From NCBI GenBank assembly GCA_031414775.1, contig JANOQI010000036.1, forward strand, positions 32,001-96,000: 64,000 bases of DNA. Reading direction: 5' to 3'. Below, piece by piece: positions 40,894-49,452 of the stretch. The notes below the pieces were generated by a model that did no database searches, was not told the origin of the DNA, and saw nothing but the letters and a program-made list of their open reading frames with translations. The stretch's first letter is position 1, and every line of letters starts with the position of its first letter. The DNA is from Synechococcales cyanobacterium VAR_4_metabat_354. GTDB taxonomy: Bacteria; Cyanobacteriota; Cyanobacteriia; Cyanobacteriales; Chamaesiphonaceae. The position numbers were made by a program, and so were the translations under genes.

Positions 40894-41481
40894 ATGCAAT
40901 CTCTAGAAACCAGACCGCTGTTAGTTGATATCAGTCACATCACTCTTCGCCTTACTCACCAAGAGTTTGAGCAACTATGTCAAGACAATCCAGAAATGAG
41001 GCTTGAGTTAACAGCCAGCGGAGAATTAATAGTAATGGTACCAGCAGGATGGGAAAGCTCAGAGCGGAATGGAGACTTAATTATTCAAATTGGTAACTGG
41101 AATCGGCAAGCTAAACTAGGGAAGGTTTTTGATTCTTCTGGTGGCTTTACTCTGCCCTCTGGAGCTGTTTTGTCGCCGGATGTGACTTGGATCGAAAAGT
41201 CTAAATTTGCCAATATCTCTGCCAAAATTGCCTTTCCCTCGATCGTCCCCGATTTTGTGATTGAGCTGAGATCTATGACCGATAGCCTCAAAACTCTTCA
41301 GGCTAAAATGTTGGAGTATCAAGCCAACGGTGTTCGTTTGGGGTGGTTAATTAATCCACAACAGCAGCAAGTAGAAGTTTATCGGCTGGGGCAGGTGGTG
41401 GAAGTCTTACAATCCCCCCATAGTCTTGATGGAGAAGATGTTCTGCCTGGGTTTACACTTGATCTAAGTTCAATTTTTTAG
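40894..41481 (+). CDS. Uma2 family putative endonuclease
   Basis: LELTASGELIVM, FDSSGGFTLPSG, SPDVTW, PDFVIELRS. Confidence 0.92.
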   Translation: MQSLETRPLLVDISHITLRLTHQEFEQLCQDNPEMRLELTASGELIVMVPAGWESSERNGDLIIQIGNWNRQAKLGKVFDSSGGFTLPSGAVLSPDVTWIEKSKFANISAKIAFPSIVPDFVIELRSMTDSLKTLQAKMLEYQANGVRLGWLINPQQQQVEVYRLGQVVEVLQSPHSLDGEDVLPGFTLDLSSIF

Positions 41482-41500
41482 CAAACTAATAGAGGCTACT

Positions 41501-42091
41501 ATGATTGCAGTCTACAATAACTTGCCACGATTTACCCCCGAAGAATATTTTGCTTGGGAAGAGCGACAACCAGAACGCCATGAATATATTGATGGTGAAG
41601 TATACGCAATGACCGGTGGTAGCATCAATCATAGTGAGGTCGCCGGAAAATTTCTAACCATACTGAGTAATCATTTAAAAGGACGTGGTTGTAAAATACT
41701 ACCTTCTGATGCAAGAGTAAATATTGTTGGATCAACTGACTATATATATCCCGATATTAGTGTGACCTGCGATAACAGAGATAAAACCACCTCCCAATAT
41801 ATTACTTACCCTTGCTTAATTGTCGAAGTACTATCGCCCAGTACCGCCGCTTATGACCGAGGAGATAAATTTACGATGTATCGACGCAACCCTATCTTGC
41901 AAGATTATGTTTTGGCCAGTGCTGATAAAATGTCGATCGATCTTTTTCACAAAGACGAACAAGGCAAGTGGGATATCCTAAATTATCGGGCTGGAGATGC
42001 TGTTGAATTGCGATCGATCGATCTTAGTTTCCCGATCGAGGATGTTTATCAAGAAATTGTTTTTGAATCAGCTGAGAAAAATATCCAGTAG
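41501..42091 (+). CDS. Uma2 family putative endonuclease
   Basis: RHEYIDGEVYAMTGG, YPDISVTCD, PCLIVEVLSPST. Confidence 0.92.
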   Translation: MIAVYNNLPRFTPEEYFAWEERQPERHEYIDGEVYAMTGGSINHSEVAGKFLTILSNHLKGRGCKILPSDARVNIVGSTDYIYPDISVTCDNRDKTTSQYITYPCLIVEVLSPSTAAYDRGDKFTMYRRNPILQDYVLASADKMSIDLFHKDEQGKWDILNYRAGDAVELRSIDLSFPIEDVYQEIVFESAEKNIQ

Positions 42092-42452
42092 CCCAATCCT
42101 ACCAAATGACTCATTGAGTCGATTCTGCCATTGTTTGTAAACGGCGCAAGAACCTATCTTGCACTACATCATCATCGATAAACCTTGTCTTTTCCAAATT
42201 CATAGGGACTTTGCCTCAAAGCTGTCTGGTGCGTAGGCAGTAAGTATTTATACGCCGATTTGGGTCTTGTTTGGTGGGTGAAGTGCTTCAGAATGCGACA
42301 TTCACTTAGGTAGTAGTTCAAAGCATTACGATCGAGATAAGTGTTTACACAGTGGATTTAGTTGGTATCTAATGGCAATATAGGGATATGCAGAAAGCGT
42401 TGATGTCTGCGATTAAAACACTATAAAAAATAAATTCTTTGATTTAATATTT

Positions 42453-42596
42453 GGCGCTCCATCCTTAGTGAACTATCTATCGCAATATAAAGACTACACA
42501 CAATTAAAAGCTGTAGTAGCTATAGATTGAACACTACCAATGTGAAAGCCATTGATAATAAAACACTCACTTGCTCTAGGTGGGTGTTTTTGTTTT
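42453..42596 (+). ncRNA. Candidate structured ncRNA, copy 2
   Basis: Same fold as 40674-40816, with covarying pairs and different loop sequences. Confidence 0.6.
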
Positions 42597-42672
42597 GGGG
42601 TGTGTTGTAGAGCCTTGAATAGGCTGGCGATCGATTACACTGAAAATGGGAACTAGTAATTAACCAAGAATT

Positions 42673-43260
42673 ATGCAATCTCTAGAAACCAGACCACTGT
42701 TAGTAGATATCAGTCATATTACTCTGCGGCTCACACCCCAAGAGTTTGAGCAACTATGCCAAGATAACCCAGACCTACGACTAGAGCTAACAGCCAACGG
42801 AGAATTGATCACGATGGTACCTGTGGCGCTGGCAAGTTCAGAGATAAATGGAGATTTATTTGGGGCGGTTTGGGCATGGAATCGTCAAACCAAATCGGGA
42901 AGAGTTTTTGACTCGTCTGGCGGTTTTACCCTGCCAAATGGAGCAGTTAGATCACCAGATGTCACCTGGGTTGGGAAACCAAGAGCCGATGAGATTCCAT
43001 CTGGTATTACCTTTCCAGAGCTAGTCCCAGATTTTGTTATCGAACTACGATCTAAAAGCGATAGTCTGACAGCTCTACAAAAAAAAATGTTGGAGTATCA
43101 AGCTAATGGGGTGCGTTTGGGCTGGTTGATTAATCCTCAACAGCAGCAAGTAGAAGTTTATAGACTAGGGCAGCCAGTAGAAGTCTTGCAATCTCCTCAT
43201 AGTCTTGATGGAGAAGATGTTTTACCTGAATTCACGCTTGATCTCAGCTCGATTTTTTAG
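42673..43260 (+). CDS. Uma2 family putative endonuclease (paralog of 40894-41481)
   Basis: Identical N-terminus MQSLETRPLLVDISHITLRLT; Uma2 motifs. Confidence 0.92.
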   Translation: MQSLETRPLLVDISHITLRLTPQEFEQLCQDNPDLRLELTANGELITMVPVALASSEINGDLFGAVWAWNRQTKSGRVFDSSGGFTLPNGAVRSPDVTWVGKPRADEIPSGITFPELVPDFVIELRSKSDSLTALQKKMLEYQANGVRLGWLINPQQQQVEVYRLGQPVEVLQSPHSLDGEDVLPEFTLDLSSIF

Positions 43261-43316
43261 CCAAGTATTTCAAACAAGTTGAGTTGGCCTTGATCGCCAA
43301 AGGCGCAAGCAAAGCT

Positions 43317-43366
43317 ATCGATCTTAGTTTCCCGATCGAGGATGTCTATCAATAAATTGTTTTCGA
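43317..43366 (+). pseudogene. 3' remnant of a Uma2 gene
   Basis: atcgatcttagtttcccgatcgaggatgtctatcaataaattgtttt matches ~42017-42066. Confidence 0.7.
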
Positions 43367-43383
43367 GAATCAAACAAATCATT

Positions 43384-43992
43384 ATGCCATACAGTAGTTT
43401 TACGATTGCTCAAGTTAAGAGGCAATTCCAAATTGAAGTTATTACTGAGCCATTTTTTAGTGATGTACCGACACTTGCTCCTGGTGAATGGTTGGCTACT
43501 TTGCTATCAAAGTCAGCACCACTGGCGGTTACGTTAGGAACAGAGAAGGTACGATCGGAACTTATTATTGCTCCGCTGCTGTTTGAATTTCGAGAATTAC
43601 TCGATCGGCAGGTCAGTTTTTTTTCGGGCACAGATTTTAGCCTTGATGTGGAGTCAGGGCTGAATGGAGTTTGTGATTTTCTCTTGACTCGATCGACATC
43701 AGAAGTAAGTATTGAGGCTCCAGCAATTATTATTATTGAGGCTAAAAAGGGTGAGCTTAATGTGGGTTGGGGACAGTGTGCCGCCGAAATGATTGCTGCA
43801 CAAAGGTTTAACTTAGCGGCAGGAGAGGAAGTACCGAATATTTACGGTTGTGTCACGACCGGAACCATGTGGCAGTTTTTGAAACTTACTGGAACAGTTT
43901 TGACGATCGATGTTACTGAATATCCCCTTAACCCGATCGATCGTATTTTAGGTATTTTGAAGTGGATGGTGGATATGAATGAAGGATATTAA
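43384..43992 (+). CDS. Conserved cyanobacterial restriction-endonuclease-like (PD-(D/E)xK) protein
   Basis: TEKVRSELIIAP, LNGVCDFL, IIEAKK, GQCAAEM, YGCVTTGTMWQF; likely start MPYSSF at 43384. Confidence 0.7.
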   Translation: MPYSSFTIAQVKRQFQIEVITEPFFSDVPTLAPGEWLATLLSKSAPLAVTLGTEKVRSELIIAPLLFEFRELLDRQVSFFSGTDFSLDVESGLNGVCDFLLTRSTSEVSIEAPAIIIIEAKKGELNVGWGQCAAEMIAAQRFNLAAGEEVPNIYGCVTTGTMWQFLKLTGTVLTIDVTEYPLNPIDRILGILKWMVDMNEGY

Positions 43993-44038
43993 TTTTTGTT
44001 GAGAAATTAAACGCAAAATTTACAGAATATTGTGAGTT

Positions 44039-44064
44039 AAGCCCACTTTTATGGTGGGCTTTTT
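44039..44064 (+). terminator. Rho-independent terminator
   Basis: AAGCCCAC-ttttatg-GTGGGCTT followed by T-tract. Confidence 0.75.
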
Positions 44065-44386
44065 GGTGAGCGCTGTTATTTGAATCTTGTTGGACAAAGA
44101 ATGGTTAAAGTGCCTAAGTCAATAAGTATCTAGGTATTTTTATCATGCGATATTTCAGTAATTCCACTATGAATTTACCTGATGTATTGGGCACTATGGT
44201 AGTAACCAGTATTTAGAACTGTGCTTTTATTTCTATGAAGGTAGAGCTTTAAATAACTGTTGATAAAAACTCAACGTGATTTGCAAACTAGGTGAGATCG
44301 GGCTTTGGCCAGAGTACATCCAGGATCACTTTGGCCGTTCTGCGGTGCTAATAGTTAATCGTTCTAATGTATCATTCCCGATCGCC

Positions 44387-47300
44387 ATGAAATCCTTTCT
44401 GTCATCTTTACGCAAACTCGATTTTCCTGTGGAGATGCTCCGCGATCGAATAACTGCTACTAAGCAGTTTCAATTATTTACAACTTTATTATTAAGTGGT
44501 GCTATTATTGGCAGCTCGATCGGTCTAATAGCTGCTCCAGCCACTGCCGCCCCTGCCAGGAAAGATTGGTGCAGCACAATTTGGAGTGTAGATAATGCAG
44601 GCACTACCAGCAACGGAACCACTCGAATCGATCCGATTACTGGTGCAACCACCACAACCAGCCCAGCAACTGGCATCACCATGCCGCCATTTTTCCCTGG
44701 TACTGGTAGTGTCGCTGGGCTTGGTATCCATGCCGAATCTGGTACCTTATATGCCTTCGATCGCACCGGAACTACTGGCACACTCTATAAATATAAGCTT
44801 GGCACCGATACCACCTGGCAACCAGTCGCTGTTTCAGGATTGGCAGGGTTGAGCGCGATTCCATCCAAGAACCTTAACAAAGTAACAGTAGATGGTAATA
44901 CGCTCTATATTGCCGAATCGGCAGGGTTGGATGTTTACTCGATCCCATTAAATTCGAGTGGTGTTGTGATTGGAAACGCTACACTAACAGCATATACTTT
45001 CAGTGGCGATCCAATCGGCACACCGCCTCATACAACCGCTTCATTTCTTCACAACCTTGGCGGTACTGACACCACACCCACCGATCCCATCGGCTCAGCA
45101 ATCATGAACGGCGGTGATATCGCCATTGATGAGTACGGCGATGTTTACAACGTCACCTACAACGTGGTTTTGACTGCCTGGAATCTAATCGGTATTACCT
45201 GGACACCAACTACAGTTACCAACAAAGCTTACTTTTACAAGCAGAGTGGTACAACCTGGGTATATCAGGGAGAAACACCTGCAACATCGGCATTCGCTGG
45301 AGCCGCATTTTATAAAGGCGAACTATACGTCAAATCTACCACTCAGCTCAGAAAAGTTCCTTTGGTACGGTCTGGCAGCGGATATACAGGCTGGAATAGT
45401 ACATTAAGTAATGTTGGTGCAGCTTCAACAGGCTACTCCAGCGCAGATTTAGCTGCTTGCGGCACTCCCAATATCACAATGGCCAAGACTCAGCAGATTT
45501 ATGCTGATGCCGCGCTGACGACATTGGTAGCAGACCAAACCAAAGTCAAAACCGGGCAGTATATTAAATATACGATTACTGCTCAAAACACAGGTACTTC
45601 TTGGGCGAGGAGTACTACTGTCACAGATAGTTTACCAACTGGAACTACTTACGTGGCTAACTCTGCCAGTTTAAATGGCACAAGTTTAGGCTTCACAACA
45701 TATCCTACCAGTGGTTTTGTCATCAATGCCCCAGGAAGTGTTGCGGGTACTGTTCCCTACTCAACCGGAGTAGCCGGATCGGACACAGCCACCATGAGCT
45801 TCGCGGTGCAAGTAACAGCTACCAATGGGGCTGTCCAAAACCAAGCAACGGTTGCTTATGTCGATAACTCTGGTCTACCATCTGAACCGAGCGTTTGCAC
45901 GTCACCATTCCTAAACTGTTCTGTTACACCATCGGTAACAGCGACAGCGGTAGATTTTGGAGATGCCCCAGATGGGAGCGCAGGAACAGCAACTGGTAAC
46001 TACCGAACCACCGAATCTGACAATGGCGCAAGTCATGTGATTACCGCTGGCATAAAACTAGGTACCACTGCTCCAGATGCCGATAATGGTTTACAGCAAA
46101 ATGCGGCTGCTAATACTGATGGAGCTGATGAAGATGCTTTTACCAGCCTACCGAACGTGCCGACTACGGGTACTTACAGCTTGACCAATGTACCCGTCAC
46201 CAACACTACTGGTAGTGCTGCGACTCTTCATGCCTGGGTAGATTTCAATAATAATGGTAGTTTTGAAGCAGGTGAGTATGCTAGTGCTACTGTTGCCAAT
46301 AATGCTACAACTGCAAATCTGAGCTGGACAGTACCAGCCGGAACAGTAGCAGGTTCGACCTATGCCCGTTTCCGATTAACGACCCAAGCCTTAACAGACA
46401 ACAGCACGACAACGACAGCAGATGAGCGATCTTTTGGGGCTGCTAGTAATGGAGAAGTGGAAGATTATCAGGTATCGATCGTTGCCCCACTCATTACTCC
46501 TTTCAAAGATCGAATCAATAGCTGTGGCCTGATCACTTTTGATAGTAATAGCGAAGGCTTCAGGGCTGCAACCATTACTTTTAGTGGTACTAACTACAAT
46601 GCGTTCACTATCCCACCCCAATCCGCTCCATATCCCACTTCATTACCACGATTTAACTGGCAGTCTAGCGGAAATCCTGGGGGTAGCATCTTCACTAACG
46701 ATCTGGATGGTCAATGGACTATCTTTACTACTCCCGATCTTGGTACTGATACCAACTTCTCCTTTCTCAACAGCAAATCTTTGACGTTTGACTACAAAAA
46801 TGATACTGGTATTGGTGGTGCCTACGACTTCTGGGTGGCATTAGTTGGCAAGAACGGTAACAAAGTTTTCTACTCCTTCAAAACTCAACTCACTGGTGCT
46901 TCCACCACAGCATTCAGTAAGGTTGTTGTCCCGATGGATGCCAACAAATGGTTTACTACATTCCAAACGCCCACTTCGGCGGCTCCCACTTCGACTGTTT
47001 TTGCTGGCATTCTCAGCAATCTCGATCGGATTGATATCGGTGCAGAAGGGAGGGATGGGCCTGACTTAACTGAAATAGATAACATGGGGATGGCTTGCGA
47101 TCGTGGTGATGCTCCCAATACCTATAGTACGCTCGCTGCTGCAAATGGTCCATCCCATCAAATTATCTCAGCACTCAAGCTAGGAGCTAAAATCGATGCC
47201 GAAAATGATGGTCAACCCAATGCAACTGCAACTGGTGATAACCAAGACTTATCTGCAAGTAACCAGATTGGAGTTGTCAATGATGAAGATGGTATTACCG

Positions 47301-48229
47301 CCTTTCCAGCACTGACAGTAGGTGGGACTAGTTATTCTATTCCTGCTGCGAATATTACGGCTGTCAATACAACTGGTGGTGCGGCAACACTTCATGCCTG
47401 GATTGACTTTAATAAAAATGGTACCTTTGAGGCTACTGAGTATACCTCTACCACAATTAATACTAGTGGTGCTGCTACAGGGCCTTTAAGTTGGACTACG
47501 GGGTTCACCGTTGGCAGTTCTGGCTCAACATTTGCTCGCTTCCGTTTGACCACGGATACTAGCATCACCGCCAGCACTCCAGGGAGTTCAGCTACTAATG
47601 GTGAAGTGGAAGATTATCGGGTGTCGATCCTGAGCAAGGCCAATGTCCTTCTGGTAAAACGGATTACGGCTATTAATGGTATCAGGACTGGCTTAACTAG
47701 CTTTGTAGATGATGTGACGGCGACTCCTCAGGCTAGTAATGATAATAATTGTAATTGGCTAGGAGCTACTGGTAGTGCTGGCGCTTGTACAAATACTTAT
47801 ACGGTAGGAGCGACTAGTGCACCGAAAGTTAAACCTGATGATGAAATCGAGTACACAATTTATTATCTCAATGCTGGCGGCAACAAAGCTAAACAGGCAC
47901 GAGTTTGTGACCAGTTAGATGCAAACCTGACCTTCCAAGATGACACCCCAACAACAGCACCATTAGATATTCAACTTGTTCCAGGTAGTGGTTCGATTCA
48001 ATCTCTCACTAATGCCCCTAGTGATGATAAGGGAGAATTAACTACTGCTGCTCTCGCTGGAGCTAGTTGCAATTTAGCCGCTAATACTGGCACTAACTTA
48101 TCTAATAATGTTGTGGTAGTTGATGTTGCTTCCCCCACCGATCCAGCTAATCCACTAATGGGTTCTACAGGAGCCGGCACACCCACAACTTCCTACGGCT
48201 ACGTTCGCTTTAAAGCCACAGTAAAATAA
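44387..48229 (+). CDS. Large secreted surface protein: beta-propeller-like N-terminus, DUF11, two GEVED domains, shared C-terminal domain
   Basis: Signal-peptide-like ..LIAAPATA; YTITAQNTG...VTDSLPTGTTYV; DFGDAP/DRGDAP...AWxDFNxNGxFE...ARFRL...NGEVEDY twice; likely start MKSFL at 44387. Confidence 0.85.
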   Translation: MKSFLSSLRKLDFPVEMLRDRITATKQFQLFTTLLLSGAIIGSSIGLIAAPATAAPARKDWCSTIWSVDNAGTTSNGTTRIDPITGATTTTSPATGITMPPFFPGTGSVAGLGIHAESGTLYAFDRTGTTGTLYKYKLGTDTTWQPVAVSGLAGLSAIPSKNLNKVTVDGNTLYIAESAGLDVYSIPLNSSGVVIGNATLTAYTFSGDPIGTPPHTTASFLHNLGGTDTTPTDPIGSAIMNGGDIAIDEYGDVYNVTYNVVLTAWNLIGITWTPTTVTNKAYFYKQSGTTWVYQGETPATSAFAGAAFYKGELYVKSTTQLRKVPLVRSGSGYTGWNSTLSNVGAASTGYSSADLAACGTPNITMAKTQQIYADAALTTLVADQTKVKTGQYIKYTITAQNTGTSWARSTTVTDSLPTGTTYVANSASLNGTSLGFTTYPTSGFVINAPGSVAGTVPYSTGVAGSDTATMSFAVQVTATNGAVQNQATVAYVDNSGLPSEPSVCTSPFLNCSVTPSVTATAVDFGDAPDGSAGTATGNYRTTESDNGASHVITAGIKLGTTAPDADNGLQQNAAANTDGADEDAFTSLPNVPTTGTYSLTNVPVTNTTGSAATLHAWVDFNNNGSFEAGEYASATVANNATTANLSWTVPAGTVAGSTYARFRLTTQALTDNSTTTTADERSFGAASNGEVEDYQVSIVAPLITPFKDRINSCGLITFDSNSEGFRAATITFSGTNYNAFTIPPQSAPYPTSLPRFNWQSSGNPGGSIFTNDLDGQWTIFTTPDLGTDTNFSFLNSKSLTFDYKNDTGIGGAYDFWVALVGKNGNKVFYSFKTQLTGASTTAFSKVVVPMDANKWFTTFQTPTSAAPTSTVFAGILSNLDRIDIGAEGRDGPDLTEIDNMGMACDRGDAPNTYSTLAAANGPSHQIISALKLGAKIDAENDGQPNATATGDNQDLSASNQIGVVNDEDGITAFPALTVGGTSYSIPAANITAVNTTGGAATLHAWIDFNKNGTFEATEYTSTTINTSGAATGPLSWTTGFTVGSSGSTFARFRLTTDTSITASTPGSSATNGEVEDYRVSILSKANVLLVKRITAINGIRTGLTSFVDDVTATPQASNDNNCNWLGATGSAGACTNTYTVGATSAPKVKPDDEIEYTIYYLNAGGNKAKQARVCDQLDANLTFQDDTPTTAPLDIQLVPGSGSIQSLTNAPSDDKGELTTAALAGASCNLAANTGTNLSNNVVVVDVASPTDPANPLMGSTGAGTPTTSYGYVRFKATVK

Positions 48230-48357
48230 TCGGTTTTGACTTAAAATATAAATACGACTCCAAATTAAAACTAGAGCCGTATTTTAAAACCAAATTATTA
48301 ACAATAGTCGTAACACATGTCATTCGCGCCACATTTACAGCACGCCAAAACTTTTGA

Positions 48358-48453
48358 GACGATCTAAACTTCGACCTATCAATTAACGAGCGCAAAACCC
48401 GCCGATTGAATCGTCGAGTTACTCGACTGGAACGTCAAGATTTCGATGATTAA
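48358..48453 (+). pseudogene. C-terminal fragment paralogous to 48477-48782
   Basis: DDLNFDLSINERKTRRLNRRVTRLERQDFDD* versus DDLNYELSDTARQTRLLKRRVVRLERKDKED; preceded by in-frame TGA. Confidence 0.65.
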
Positions 48454-48476
48454 TCGAAATAGAATGCGGCAGATAT

Positions 48477-48782
48477 TCAATCTTCTTTGTCTTTGCGCTC
48501 TAGCCGAACAACTCGTCGTTTTAACAGCCGAGTCTGCCGTGCAGTATCGGACAGCTCATAATTGAGATCATCATTGTACGATATTAGAGATTGAAATCCT
48601 TCGCGAATAATAAGCTGCTGACTACCTTCAACACTGTCGATTCGGTGACGGAGAGCAATTACATCTTCTCTCAGCGCATCGATGTTTTGACTCATGGCGC
48701 CCATGTTTTGCTGCATGGTGCCAACAGCTTGAATAAGTTGAGCAAGCTGACCTTCAAGGCGATCGAAACGTTCTTCTGACAT
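48477..48782 (-). CDS. Small coiled-coil hypothetical protein
   Basis: 101-aa heptad-rich ORF; a paralogous fragment nearby supports coding status. Confidence 0.7.
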   Translation of the reverse strand: MSEERFDRLEGQLAQLIQAVGTMQQNMGAMSQNIDALREDVIALRHRIDSVEGSQQLIIREGFQSLISYNDDLNYELSDTARQTRLLKRRVVRLERKDKED

Positions 48783-48970
48783 AATAAGTAGGTGAATAGA
48801 TTATTTTACTTTGACAGATAACCTGCTAGCTCCAACTAGTGGGCTATCTCTATTTTATCTCGAAGTTAACACTTTTGATGTCATACGAGATCGTCAGCTT
48901 TTAGCTAAAATAGTACCAACCCATCACCTTAAGCGGCCATGGTTCAAACACCGATTAAGTCGATCGTGCC

Positions 48971-49077
48971 TATCCTGAATTATCGGGCTGGAGATACCGT
49001 TGAGTTGCTATCGATCAATCTTAGTTTCTCGATCGAAGATGTTTACCAAGAAATTATTTTTGAATCAACTAAGAAAA
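48971..49077 (+). pseudogene. 3' fragment of a Uma2 gene (41501 type)
   Basis: tatcctgaattatcgggctggagat...gaatcaact matches ~41974-42080. Confidence 0.7.
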
Positions 49078-49137
49078 TGGATGTGTCCGATTTCAGGCCA
49101 AAGTGAAATAAAACTTGCTTTTTATACTCAGAACAAC

Positions 49138-49165
49138 AAGCTCCCCTTTACGCGGGAGCTTTTTT
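49138..49165 (+). terminator. Rho-independent terminator
   Basis: AAGCTCCC-loop-GGGAGCTT followed by T-tract. Confidence 0.7.
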
Positions 49166-49452
49166 ATGATCGGGACAGCTTGGATGTTCAGTACATTTCG
49201 CTGCTTTGGTAATTCTCTAAGTACTTGTACCATCTACAAGTTCGGTAATTTTACGATAAATCTCTGGTGAGAAATGGGAAACATAAGAGGGTCTAGCATT
49301 TGGATCTGTGCTTTTATTGCCATGGAAGTAGAGCCTTAAATTAGCTAGCAATAGAAGAATGATGTCTTCCAATACTTTGGGTGAAAAAACCTAATGCTGA
49401 AAAGAGTAACTCATTGGATTGCCTGTAAACACCCATAATATTCGTTCTAGTT

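Larger units (their letters stand above)
40461..41481 (+). repeat. Copy 1 of a tandem duplication (~430-bp leader + Uma2 gene)
   Basis: Starts taagtatttatacgccgatttgggtc; closely similar to 42241-43260. Confidence 0.92.
42241..43260 (+). repeat. Copy 2 of the tandem duplication (~430-bp leader + Uma2 gene)
   Basis: Direct similarity to 40461-41481. Confidence 0.92.

Noticed and set aside
42110..42203. 30-codon minus-strand ORF (MNLEKTRFIDDDVVQDRFLRRLQTMAESTQ)
   Set aside because: No recognisable family or other support.
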